DNA of 64,000 nucleotides. Origin: Octopus vulgaris. Its lineage: Eukaryota. Under the pieces are notes generated by a model. It was given only the letters and a program-made list of their open reading frames with translations, was not told the origin of the DNA and did no database searches. A program made the position numbers and the translations under genes. The stretch covers positions 203,422,001 through 203,486,000 of the forward strand of contig OX597814.1 of NCBI GenBank assembly GCA_951406725.2, given 5' to 3'. Below are positions 1 through 12,575 of the stretch, in pieces; position 1 is the first letter of the stretch; every line of letters begins with the position of its first letter.

Positions 1-13
1 AAATATTATCAAA

Positions 14-3000
14 CCTTCTCTCAGAAATACAGTTAGTCCTTCTCTCAGAAATACAGTTAGTCCTTCTCTCAGAAATACAGTTAATCCTTCTCTCAGAAAT
101 ACAGTTAGTCCTTTTCTCAGAAATACAGTTAGTCCTTCTTTTTGAAATATAGTTAGTCCTTTTCTCAGAAATATAGTAAGTCCCTCTCTTAGAAATACAG
201 TTAGTCCTTCTCTCAGAAATACAGTTAGTCCCTCTGCTAGAAATACAGTAAGTCCTTCTCTCAGTACTACAGTAAGTCCCTCTCTTAGAAATACAGTTAG
301 TCCTTCTCTCAGAAATACAGTTAGTCCCTCTCTTAGAAATACAGTTAGTCCCTCTGCTAGAAATACAGTAAGTCCTTCTCTCAGAAATACAGTTAGTCCC
401 TCTCTTAGAAATACAGTTAGTCCCTCTCTTGGAAATACAGTTAGTCCCACTCTTGGAAATACAGTTAGTCCTTCTCTTAGAAATACAGTTAGTCCCTCTC
501 TTGGAAATACAGTTAGTCCTTCTCTTAGAAATACAGTTAGTACCTCTCTTGGAAATACATTTAGTCCTTCTCTTAAAAATACAGTTAGTCCCTCTCTCAG
601 AAATACAGTTAGTCCTTCTCTCAGAAATACAGTTAGTCCTTTCCTCAGATATACAGTTAGTCCTTCTCTCAGAAATAGTTAGTCCTTCTCTCAGAAATAC
701 AGTTAGTCCTTTCCTCAGATATACAGTTAGTCCTTCTCTCAGAAATAGTTAGTCCTTCTCTCAGAAATACAATTCGTCCTACTCTCAGAAATACAGTTAG
801 TCCCTCTCTTAGAAATACAGTTAGTCCCTCTCTTAGAAATACAGTTAGTCCCTCTCTTAGAAATACAGTTAGTCCTTTTCTCAGAAATACAGATAGTCCT
901 TCTCTCAGAATACAGTTAGCCCTTCTCTCAGAAATACAGTTAGTCCCTCACTCAGAAATACAGTTAGTCCCTCTGCTAGAAATACAGTAAGTCCTTCTCT
1001 CAGAAATACAATTAGTCCCTCTCTTCGAAATACAGTTAGTCCCTCTCTTGGAAATACAGTTAGTCCTTCTCTTAGAAATACAGTTAGTCCCTCTCTTGGA
1101 AATACAGTTAGTCCCTCTTTCAGAAATACAGTTAGTCCTTCTCTCAGAAATACAGTTAGTCCCTCACTCAGAAATACAGTTAGTCCCTCTGCTTAGAAAT
1201 ACAGTAAGTCCTTCTCTCAGAAATACAATTAGTCCCTCTCTTAGAAATACAGTTAGTCCCTCTCTTGGAAATACAGTTAGTCCTTCTCTTAGAAATACAG
1301 TTAGTCCCTCTCTTGGAAATACAGTTAGTCCTTCTCTTAGAAATACAGTTAGTCCTTCTCTTGGAAATACAGTTAGTCCTTCTCTCAGAAATACAGTTAG
1401 TCCTCTCAGAAATACAGTTTGTCCTACTCTCAGAAATACAGTTAGTCCCTCTCTTAGAAATACAGTGAGTCCCTCTCTTAGAAATACAGTTAGTCCTTCT
1501 TTTTGAAATATAGTTAGTCCTTTTCTCAGAAATATAGTAAGTCCTTCTCTTAGAAATACAGTTAGTCCTTCTCTCAGAAATACAGTTAGTCCCTCTGCTA
1601 GAAATACAGTAAGTCCTTCTCTCAGTACTACAGTAAGTCCCTCTCTTAGAAATTCAGTTAGTCCTTCTCTTAGAAATACAGTTAGTCCCTCACTCAGAAA
1701 TACAGTTAGTCCCTCTGCTAGAAATACAGTAAGTCCTTCTCTCAGAAATACAGTTAGTCCCTCTCTTAGAAATACAGTTAGTCCCTCTCTTGGAAATACA
1801 GTTAGTCCTTCTCTTAGAAATACAGTTAGTCCCTCTCTTGGAAATACAGTTAGTCCTTCTCTTAGAAATACAGTTAGTCCCTCTCTTGGAAATACAGTTA
1901 GTCCTTCTCTTAGAAATACAGTTAGTCCTTTCCTCAGATATACAGTTAGTCCCTCTCTTAGAAATACAGTTAGTCCCTCTCTTAGAAATACAGTTAGTCC
2001 TTCTCTCAGAAATACAGTTAGTCCTTCTCTCAGAAATACAGTTAGTCCTTCTCTCAGAAATACAGTTAGTCCTTCTCTCAGAAATACAGTTAGTCCCTCA
2101 CTCAGAAATACAGTTAGTCCCTCTGCTAGAAATACAGTAAGTCCTTCTCTCAGAAATACAATTAGTCCCTCTCTTCGAAATACAGTTAGTCCCTCTCTCA
2201 GAAATACAGTTAGTCCCTCTCTTAGAAATACAGTTAGTCCCTCTCTTGGAAATACAGTTAGTCCCTCTTTCAGAAATACAGTTAGTCCTTCTCTCAGAAA
2301 TACAGTTAGTCCCTCACTCAGAAATACAGTTAGTCCCTCTGCTAGAAATACAGTAAGTCCTTCTCTCAGAAATACAATTAGTCCCTCTCTTAGAAATACA
2401 GTTAGTCCCTCTCTTGGAAATACAGTTAGTCCTTCTCTTAGAAATACAGTTAGTCCCTCTCTTGGAAATACAGTTAGTCCTTCTCTCAGAAATACAGTTA
2501 GTCCTTCTCTCAGAAATACACTTAGTCCTTCTCTCAGAAATACAGTTAGTCCTTCTCAGAAATACAGTCCTTCTTTCAGAAATACAGTTAGTCCTCCTCT
2601 CAGAAATACAGTTAGTCCTTCTCTCAGAAATACAGTTAGTCCTTCTCTCAGAAATACAGTTAGTCCTTCTCTCAGAAATACAGTTAGTCCTTCTCTCAGA
2701 AATACAGTTAGTCCTTCTCTCCCAGAAATACAGTTAGTCCTTCTCTCAGAAATACAGTAGTCCTCTCTAAATACAGTTAGTCCTTCTCTCAGAAATACAG
2801 TTAGTCCTTCTCTCAGAAATACAGTAGTCTTAGTCCTTCTCTTCTCAGAAATACAGTTAGTCCTTCTCTCAGAAATACAGTTAGTCCAATCTCTCAGAAA
2901 TACAGTTAGTCCTTCTCTCAGAAATACAGTTAGTCCTTCTCTCAGAAATACAGTTAGTCCTTCTCTCAGAAATACAGTTAGTCCTTCTCTTAGAAATACA

Positions 3001-5367
3001 GTTAGTCCTTCTCTCAGAAATACAGTTAGTCCTTCTCTCAGAAATACAGTTAGTCCTTCTCTCAGAAATACAGTTAGTCCTTCTCTTAGAAATACAGTTA
3101 GTCCCTCTCTTAGAAATACAGTTAGTCCCTCTCTTAGAAATACAGTTAGTCCCTCTTTCAGAAATACAGTTAGTCCCTCTCTGAGAAATACAGTTAGTCC
3201 TTCCCTCAGAAATACAGTTAGTCCTTCTCTCAGAAATACAGTTAGTCCCTCTCTTGGAAATACAGTTAGTCCCTCTCTCAGAAATACAGTTAGTCCCTCC
3301 CTTAGGAATACAGTTAGTCTCTCTCTCTCTCAGAAATACAGTTAGACCTTCTTTCTGAAATATAGTTAGACCTTCTTTCTGAAATACAGTTAGTCCTTCT
3401 CTCAGAAATACAGTTAGTCCTTCTCTCAGAAATACAGTTAGTCCTTCAGAAATACAGTTATCCTCTCTAGAAATACAGTTAGTCCTTCTCTCAGAAATAC
3501 AGTTAGTCCTTCTCTCAGAAATACAGTTAGTCCTTCTCTCAGAAATACAGTTAGTCCTTCTCTCAGAAATACAGTTAGTCCTTCTCTACAGAAAATACAG
3601 TTAGTCCTTCTCTCAGAAATACAGTTAGTCCTTCTCTCTTAGAAATACAGTTAGTCCTTCTCTCAGAAATACAGTTAGTCCTTCTCTCAGAAATACAGTT
3701 AGTCCTTCTCTCAGAAATACAGTTAGTCCTTCTCTCAGAAATACAGTTAGTCCTTCTCTCAGAAATACAGTTAGTCCTTCTCTCAGAAATACAGTTAGTC
3801 CTTCTCTCAGAAATACAGTTAGTCCTTCTCTCAGAAATACAGCTAGTCCCCCTTCAGAAATACAGTTAGTCCTTCTCTCAGAAATACAGTTAGTCCTTCT
3901 CTCAGAAATACAGTTAGTCCCTCTCTCAGAAATACAGTTAGTCCTTCTCTCAGAAATAAGTTAGTCCTAGAAATACAGTTAGTCCTTCTCTCAGAAATAC
4001 AGTTAGTCCTCTCTTTCAGAAATACAGTTAGTCCTTCTCTCAGAAATACAGTTAGTCCTTCTCTCAGAAATACAGTTAGTCCTTCTCTCAGAAATACAGT
4101 TAGTCCTTCTCTCAGAAATACAGTTAGTCCTTCTCTCAGAAATACAGTTAGTCCTCTCTACAGTAGTCCCTCAGTTAGTCCTCTCTAGAAATACAGTTAG
4201 TACAGTAGTCCTTCTCTCAGAATACAGTTAGTCCTTCTCTCAGAAATACCTTCTCTCAGTTAGTCCTCTCTTAGAAATACAGTTAGTCCCTCTTTCAGAA
4301 ATACAGTTAGTCCCTTCTCTACAGTTAAATACAGTTAGTCCTTCTCTCAGAAATACAGTTAGTCCTTCTCTAGTGCCTCTTTGGAAATACAGAAATACAG
4401 TTAGTTAGTCCCTTCTCTCAGAAATACAGTTAGTCCCTCTCAGTTAGTCCTCTTCAGAAATACAGTTAGTCCCTCCTAGAATACAGTTAGTCCCTCTCTC
4501 AGAAATAGTTAAATACAGTTAGTCCTTCTCTTGTCCTTCTCTCAGAAATACAGTTAGTCCTTCTCTCAGTTAAGATACAGTTAGTCCTCTCTCTTAGTCA
4601 GAAATACAGTTAGTCCTTCTCTCTCAGAAATACAGTTAGTCCTTCTCTCAGAAATACAGTTAGTCCTTCTCTCAGAAATACAGTTAGTCCTTCTCTCAGA
4701 AATACAGTTAGTCCTTCTCTCAGAAATACAGTTAGTCCTTCTCTCAGAAATACAGTTAGTCCTTCTCTCAGAAATACAGTTAGTCCTTCTCTCAGAAATA
4801 CAGTTAGTCCTTCTCTCAGAAATACAGTTACAGTACAGTAGTCCTTCTCTCAGAAATACAGTTAGTCCTTCTCTCAGAAATACAGTTAGTCCTTCTCTCA
4901 GAAATACAGCTAGTCCCTCTCTCAGAAATATAGTTAGTCCTTCTCTCAGAAATACAGTTAGTCCTTCTCTCAGAAATACACTTAGTCCTTCTCTCAGAAA
5001 TACAGTTAGTCCTTCTCTCAGAAATACACTTAGTCCTTCTCTCAGAAATACACTTAGTCCTTCTCTCAGAAATACACTTAGTCCTTCTCTCAGAAATACA
5101 GTTAGTCCTTCTCTCAGAAATACAGTTAGTCCTTCTCTCAGAAATACAGTTCGTCCTTCTCTCAGAAATACAGTTCGTCCTTCTCTCAGAAATACACTTA
5201 GTCCTTCTCTCAGAAATACACTTAGTCCTTCTCTCAGAAATACAGTTAGTCCTTCTCTCAGAAATACAGTTAGTCCGTCTCTCAGAAATACACTTAGTCC
5301 TTCTCTCAGAAATACAGTTCGTCCTTCTCTCAGAAATACACTTAGTCCTTCTCTCAGAAATACAGTT
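14..5367. repeat. 24-bp minisatellite array, consensus AGAAATACAGTTAGTCCTTCTCTC, roughly 220 units
   Basis: Directly visible tandem repeat. The ORF track gives 8-aa periodic translations (EIQLVLLS / RNTVSPSL), confirming the 24-nt period. Probably lies in the long SETD2 intron upstream of 12524. Confidence 0.98.
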
Positions 5368-5642
5368 AATTATTCTCTTAGAAGTGTAGAATATCTATGG
5401 TCAGTGCACACTTTTAGAAACATGGGTATAAGTTTTTATGAATAAGGAAATAAACTGGTAATATATGTTGGTAAATAGTGATAGTATGGTGGAAACTGAT
5501 GGAAATAGTGACATTTAGAAATTTGGGTAAGTTTTGGGAAGAAGAGAACTGAGACATTTTGGAATTGACACTTTACCATCTGAAAAATATAGTTAGTTCT
5601 CATTTCAGAAACAGATCGTCCCAATTTCATTTATGCCATTAC

Positions 5643-5977
5643 TTACTCTCTTTACTTGTTTCAGTCATTTGACTGCATCCATGCTGGGCTGGAGCACCAC
5701 CTTTAGTCGAGCAAATTGACCCCAGGACTTATTCTTTGTAAGCTTAGTACTTATTCTATTGGTCTCTTTTGCCGAACTGCTAAGTTACAGGGACGTAAAC
5801 ATACCAGCATCAGTTGTCAAGTGATGTTGGGGGGACAAACACACACAGACATACATATACATGGTGGGCTTCTTTCAGTTTCCATCTACCAAATCCAATC
5901 ACAAGGCTTTGGTCGGCCTGAGGCTATAGTAGAAGACGCTTGCCCAAGGTGTCATGCAATGGTACTGAACCCGGAAC
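5643..5977 (-). mobile_element. SINE family A (5'-truncated copy)
   Basis: Near-identical to other copies, with body GGGCAAGTGTCTTCTACTATAGCC...GACTGAAACAAGTAAA. Further copies near 7292, 8740, 17910, 23690, 25040, 32160, 33995 and 46190. Confidence 0.85.
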
Positions 5978-6977
5978 TTAGTTAATCTTTATTCCAAAAA
6001 TATACATAGTTCACATATCAGATATATAATTAGTCTACACGTAAGAGATGTAGTTAGTCCTAATTTCATTTTGTTGGTTCTTTTGGAAATCTATTGAAAA
6101 TATATTTGATTCATGTTGATTCATTTGTAATTAGATCCTTTTGTGTGAGGGGGTATCGTCCTCTTTGTGTCTTTGTAGGATTTTGATTAGAGGGTCTCTT
6201 TAATCTCTGAGGTAGAGCTTCTTTTGCTCACACAGGTTTGTTTATTGTTGTTTTCATTGCAACAAATGCTTTTTTTTATCTGGCAGTGCTGCTAACTTTA
6301 GAGGCAGTTCCAACATGGAGTAACAGGCCTGTGTTTGGCTATCTTTACTATCTCATGTCTATGGTCTAGTGATTAGACTGTTCAGTTCACAACTACAAGG
6401 TCATAGGTTCGATTTGTGGACCAAGCAGCACATTGTGTGCTTGAGCAAGGCACTTCATTTTATACTACTCCAATCTACTCAGCTAACAATGCATAATCAG
6501 CCAAGTGCTGGTGCAGTCCTCTCTCTTCTATCTGTCATATCTTCAATTGTTCTGTCGGTTTATGGGTAGGAAGGCCAAGAGGATGTTTATGTTTGCTCAT
6601 GGATATATTGTTGGTACCTAAAAACAATCTGTATGAGTATGATTATACTATCAAGCTATACTTGCTGATAAGCAGGAAGAAGTGTGTGGAGAGAGCTCTT
6701 GCAACTATCAAAAGACATAATTATGAATTTGATTCTTTCTCAAATATAGAATTTCATAATAAAAGGCAGGCAAAAGATTGTTAATAGAGAGTTGACTTAA
6801 AAGATGGTAGTAAATAATTTGAAAGGTGAAGTACAGATGGCATTTAAAGGATAATGGGGAAGAACAAAGGTTTGTTCATAGTTTGTGAATGGCTTTAAGT
6901 TCTCTATTAGAAGTTTTCCACAAAGTTGTGTTAGATCTTTCATTGGCGAAATCCATTCCTTATTATTTGTCAGAGAC

Positions 6978-7204
6978 ATCTTTGAATATCTGTTGGGGAA
7001 GATATTATGAAGCATTTTCAGTCTACTGGATACAGTGGTATTATTCTATTTTATTTTGGATTTAGTTAATGATATCAGATGAACTGAGTCAGAATATCTT
7101 TGAATATCTGTTGGGGAAGATATTATGAAGCATTTTCAGTCTACTGGATACAGTGGTATTATTCTATTTTATTTTGGATTTAGTTAATGATATCAGATGA
7201 ACTG
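6978..7204. repeat. Direct duplication of a 109-bp segment (6978-7086 and 7096-7204)
   Basis: Two identical copies of ATCTTTGAATATCTGTTGGGG...GATGAACTG separated by 9 nt. Confidence 0.92.
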
Positions 7205-8159
7205 TTTTGTTGTTGGGACATCCTTGTTTGAGTTAGGTTCTATATAAACATTACCTATAGTTAATGTTGGTTTTGTACTTTTACTGTATTTTATCTTTTA
7301 CTTGTTTCAATAATTGAACTGTGGCCATGCTGGAACACTGCCTTGAAGGCTTTAGTCAAATTGATTCAGTACTTATTTTATCAGTATTTTATTGCTAAAC
7401 TGGTAAGTTACTGGGACATTATCCAACACCAGTTATCAAGTGGTAGGGGTATCAAACACAAAGCCACACATACACATATACAACAGGCTTCCACACAATT
7501 TCCATCTACCAAATTCACTCGCAAAACATTGTTTGGCCCAGGGCTATAGTAGAAGAAACTTGCCCAAGGTGGGCTGCACTGTTGGACTGTTCCCAGAACA
7601 ATGTTGTTGGGAAGCAAGCTTCTTAACCATACAGCCAAAGTCAAGGGCTTAAATTGGGTTTTGTTTCTTGCAAAAGAGACATATCAATCCCGTTTTGGTC
7701 TGGATTGCAATCATCCGTTAATTCTTCTTTGTACTACTTTTACCAAAACTACGTGGAATATGTAACAGTTCCACTATACTGTTATGTTTCTGCAAAAATA
7801 GTTTATGTGAAAAATAAACAGATGAAGTAAAATGAAAAGCAATTCTAACAACTGCCATTCTCATTAGTTAGTCTGATGAAACTTGATTCATGTTTTGTGT
7901 TGGTAAATTCACACAAGCTAGATATGGAGTTAAAAAAAGCCAGTTGTAAATTAAAAATCAGTGTGAAATCACTATTGCAGAATGAAATTGAACTTTTTCT
8001 CTGCACATTTATCTGAAGTAGTGTCACATGGGCTGTGTTTAAGCATCTCTGACCTGGCATGTGTATAGGAACTTTCCCTTAATGTCGACCTTTGTGCTGA
8101 TCTTTTACACTTGTTATACAAGATTGTCCTTATTTTTTTTTTTATTTATCACAAGAAAT

Positions 8160-8520
8160 GTGTCCTCGTCGTTTCTTGTGATCAGCAAAGAGTAAATCTC
8201 TAGTCGGCAATTTTGTTGTTTTTCAGTCAATTCAGGAGGCGCCCATTTGTTGAACTTCTTCACCTTGGCCGATTACATCACGATACCGGGAAGCAGTTGC
8301 AATGCTATGCCAAGCACTTCTGTAATTTCTCGTACCATTTTTCTTGGATCGGCTTCAAGTAAGGTTTTCAGATAATAAGGCTGTCATTACACCAGTCGAA
8401 TGGACATTTACTACATTCTTTATATTCAAGGCCTACCTCTCCGGAAGGAAACATTCAAATCGGCATTTTACTGTGAGTCTATTAGCAGTGTTCTTGCTCT
8501 ATGCTTGATGCAAGTTGCTT
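8160..8520 (-). mobile_element. Degraded mariner transposase fragment
   Basis: The minus strand translates to LKTLLEADPRK and, after frameshifts, KVKKFNKWAPPELTEKQQNCRLEIYSLLITRND. This corresponds to the mariner WVPHEL linker region. Confidence 0.8.
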
Positions 8521-9436
8521 TGCTTACATTCAGAACTGGTTTGAATTTTTGTAGTAAAACTTGGCACAGTTTTGCTTCAAATAAACACTTCAGAATTTTC
8601 AGTTTTGCATCACAAACTAAAGCACATATTACAAAACAAATGATTTAAGTTGGGTTCAACAACTGTTTTTGAAAACATAAATAGCATTTTTTTAAAAACT
8701 GTCAAAATAAAATTTCCCCATATTGTTTTATTCTTCCACGTGTTTCAGTCATTGGACTGGAGCAATGTCTTGAAAGGTTTTAGTTGAACAAATCAACTGC
8801 AGTTCTATTTTTAAGTTCAGTATTCTATCAGTCTCTTTTGCCAAATCACTAAAATTACAGGGACATAAACCACTAACATCATTTGTTAAAAGGGGCAGGG
8901 GATAAGACAAACATGCACACATGACAGGCTTCAACACAGTTTCTGTACACCAAATTTATTCACAAGACAATTAATTAGCCTGGAGCTATAGTAGAAGACA
9001 CTTGCCTAAGGTGCTACATAGTGGGACTGAACCTGAAATTATATGGTTGCAAACCAAACTTCTTAATCACACATCCATGCCTGCACCTATATAAATCAAT
9101 TATATTATCTACATATTAACTGGGAATAATAGATTTTTCCACTTATTCTTATTGTAGAGTAATTTAGCTCCACAAACTATGCCCAGACTGACTTAGATAT
9201 TAAATTTCTAGTAAGTACAAGATTCCAGATTCTTAGTGTAATTCTTTCAATGTTACAGTTTTCTAAGTATTTCATTTGGCAATAAAGTATCTTGGCTTAT
9301 TCCTGCCTTTTATTATATAACTATTGTGTCATCATGTTCGTCTATCGCATCGTATTTAAATATTTCTAAGATTCATCAAGCTGTCTGTCTTTTCTCTGTA
9401 CTAAGGGAAGTGTTTATTAGTCACTTATATGTAGAA

Positions 9437-9676
9437 TAAGGCAGCGAGCTGGCAGAATCGTTAGCATACCGGGCGAAATGCTTAGCGGTATTTCGACTGT
9501 CGTTACGTTCTGAGTTCAAATTCCGCCGAGGTCGACTTTGCCTTTCATCCTTTCGGGGTCGATAAATTAAGTACCAGTTACGCACTGGGGTCGATATGAT
9601 CGACTTAATCCGTTTGTCTGTCCTTGTTTGTCCCCTCTGTGTTTAGCCCCTTGTGGGTAGTAAATAAATATAAATA
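9437..9676 (+). mobile_element. tRNA-derived SINE family B with target-site duplication
   Basis: A-box-like TGGCAGAATCGTTAG and B-box GAGTTCAAATTCC; flanked by TATATGTAGAA (9426-9436 and 9677-9687). Diverged relatives near 9885, 10110, 25500, 27115, 48890-49260, 50660-51400, 51860 and 55280. Confidence 0.88.
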
Positions 9677-10464
9677 TATATGTAGAACCTAGGTGTCTTC
9701 CCTAATAAGGTTTACTGAAGAAAGTTAGAGAGTTAAACACTCTACTCAGTGATATGTCAGTCACATTTATAGTTCTTACTACATAATGTGTTTGTTTTTT
9801 GATACTGTGGATTCAGTAATTTTAGTTTCCCTGTTCATATAAGATTCTTTCCAAGATAGTTCTGCAAATCATTATTATGACAAGCTGGCAGGATCGTTAG
9901 TGTGTCAAACAAAATGTGAAGTAATATTTCTTGTGGCTCTTTGTGTTCTGTGTTCTAATCCAGTCTAGGTCAACTTTACCTTTCATCCTTTCATGGTAGA
10001 TAAAATAAAGTACCTGTGAGGGACTGGGGTTGAAGCAATCGACTTGACCCCTCTCACTAAAATTTCTGATCTTATGCGAAAATTAGAAAGAGTTATTTTT
10101 ATTATTAAGGAAGTTAGCACGCAAGACAAAAAATGCTTAGCAGCATTCTGCCTGTCTTTGTTTTGAGTTCAAATTCCACCAAGGCTGACTTCACCTTTCA
10201 TCTTCTCAAAGTCAATAAAATGAGTACCAGCTGAGCGCTGGAGTCAATGTAACCAACCCCCTCCCTCGAAATCGCTGGCCTAGTGTCTGAATTTGAAACC
10301 ATTATTATTATTATTATTATTCAATAAATACGATAAAATCCAGATGAAGCAGTGATAGTCAATCTATTTACTTCAATAGAACATAATATCAATAAATTAT
10401 CTAACTAGTTTTAGCCATGGATATCAAAGTCATTTCAAATTTTATCTCAGATGTTCTGAGTTCA

Positions 10465-10615
10465 TTCTTTTACTCATTTACTTGTTTCAGTCATTTGACT
10501 TATTCTTTGTAAGCCTAGTACTTATTCTAGAGGTCTCTTTTGCCGAACCGCTAAGTTACGAGGACGTAAACACACCAGCATCAGTTGTCAAGCGATGTTG
10601 GGGGGACAAACACAG

Positions 10616-10654
<39 letters not shown>

Positions 10655-10820
10655 CTTATATACGATAGGCTTCTTTCAGTTTCCGTCTACCAAATCCGCT
10701 CACAAGGTTTTGGTCGGCCCAAGGTTATAGTAGAAGACACTTGCCCAAGGTGCCACGCAGTGGGACTGAACCCGGAACCGTGTGATTGGTAAGCAAGCTA
10801 CTTACCACACAGCCACTCCA
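10465..10820 (-). mobile_element. SINE family A, near full length
   Basis: tRNA-like head GGAGTGGCTGTGTGGTAAG...GGTTCAGTCCC on the minus strand; internal (CA)n. Confidence 0.88.
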
Positions 10821-11612
10821 AACTGAATAATTGTCTTTATTAAAATTAGATTTTTCCTAAATTGTAAGCTACTTCCTTGTTTAATAGTTTCTACTTGTAA
10901 TAATAGTAATTTTGAAGGCAAATGAATAAGACTGTACTCCACATTAGTCCTCCACCACCTCTTTATTCTCAAGTATAATCTTGCTGGGATGGACTTTACA
11001 TTTGATTCCTCTTGGAATAACATCAATATTAGTAATTCTTATACATCATTTGTTGCCATTGACTATATGTGCCCTCTGCCCACCCCTACATTCTACTGCA
11101 ATGATAAGTTAATTTATACAGAAATATTTGTATGAGCTAAATCAATAGCTGGGTTTTCAGATTTACATCTTTATTTTACAAGAATGAAGAATGTTATAAA
11201 ATTGTTTGCAAACATCTGAAACAAAAAGTCAGTACAATGTAAATATGTACATGGTACAGTTCATTGTTTTTAACCCTTTTGTTACCGTATCTCTGTTGAA
11301 ATCGTTTTAATTAATTTTGAAAATAACGAAGAATTTAGCAAAATAACTTAGTCATTATTAAGCTGGTGTTTGGAGCATAAATTAACGTAAAAGTTTGTAT
11401 TAGAAAATCAGAGGGGCAGCTTCAGACACGTTGATATTAAAAGTATTAAATGCTAACATAAACATATTGTTAGAATGGCTTGACTTTGAAGAATGGATAA
11501 GGTTCAACATTGAAATATTTCCTTGAAAACAATGTTTTTTTTTTAATTCAACTGAATGTTTTTTTTAAAAAAGGATCTAATAACTTAGCAACACCAAACA
11601 AAACCTAACTGT

Positions 11613-11615
<3 letters not shown>

Positions 11616-11678
<63 letters not shown>

Positions 11679-11917
11679 TAGATAGATAGAAAGATATATA
11701 TATAGATAGATAGAAAGATATATATAGATAGATAGAAAGATATATATAGAAAGATATATAGATAGATAGAAAGATATATATAGATAGATAGATAGAAAGA
11801 TATATATATATAGATAGAAAGATATATATATATAGATAGATAGATAGAAAGATATATATATATAGATAGATAGATAGATAGAAAGATATATATATATAGA
11901 TAGATAGATAGATAGAA

Positions 11918-11950
<33 letters not shown>

Positions 11951-12062
11951 TAGATAGATAGAAAAATATATATATAGATAGATAGAAAAATATATATAGA
12001 TAGATAGAAAAATATATAGATAGATAGATAGAAAGATATATATATATATATAGATAGATAAA
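11616..12062. repeat. Compound (TA)n/(GATA)n microsatellite
   Basis: Directly visible; explains the IYLS-rich spurious ORFs. Confidence 0.97.
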
Positions 12063-12523
12063 TATTTATATATGATGAAAGTGATTGAGACCTTAGCAAT
12101 AGCAAATAGTATTTTATTGTTAAATTCTGAAGTTTGCATTCCAACAAGGTAATAATTGTCATTGATAATACAGACTTATACATGTCTGTGTGTGTGTATG
12201 TGCATATGCATTCATGTATACACCCACATATACATATCTATGGTATTTGTGCATAAATTTCACAAACACATTCGCTTTTAGCTATTGATAAAATAGAAAA
12301 GATTATATTAATGACAAGTAAACAATTTTATTTTATACAAGATATTCAAATACAGATTTGATAGTGATAGATCTCCAGCCAGTAAAAATAGTTCAGATTA
12401 ATCTTTAGTGAACTAGGAGTCCTGCAGCTAATAATGTTGCTGTATATCTATGCTTTGATAGTCCTGTAATTAACAGAAATTTTTTGAGCCTGTTTTTATC
12501 ATGTAATTTTCTGTAATTTTCAG

Positions 12524-12575
12524 TGGTTCCCGTTGTCCATGTGGGGAATACTGCAACAACAAAAGATTCACTCGA
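12524..12575 (+). CDS. SETD2: SETD2 exon, end of AWS domain: (C)[17 protein letters not shown]
   Basis: Acceptor ttttcag, donor gtaagt. Matches human CSSRCPNGDYCSNRRFQR as recalled. Confidence 0.92.

Noticed and set aside
429-2737. ORFs of EIQLVLLS / RNTVSPSL repeats as a repetitive protein
   Set aside because: They arise from a 24-nt unit open in two frames; the starts are non-ATG, and stops and frameshifts interrupt them frequently.
3950-4620. Indel-rich, scrambled portion of the array as a biological signal
   Set aside because: The pattern of dropped bases and partial units looks like consensus error in a long tandem repeat; it cannot be judged without reads.
14-5367. CRISPR array or telomeric repeat
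   Set aside because: Units are contiguous with no unique spacers, there are no cas genes, the context is eukaryotic, and the unit is not TTAGGG.
8160-8520. SETMAR-like SET-mariner fusion
   Set aside because: The mariner relic is antisense to SETD2, upstream of the SET exons, frameshifted and incomplete.
11585-12183. 184-192 aa ORFs
   Set aside because: Translations of (TA)n/(GATA)n microsatellite. The same applies to the ORFs at 52017, 56875, 57873 and 63198.
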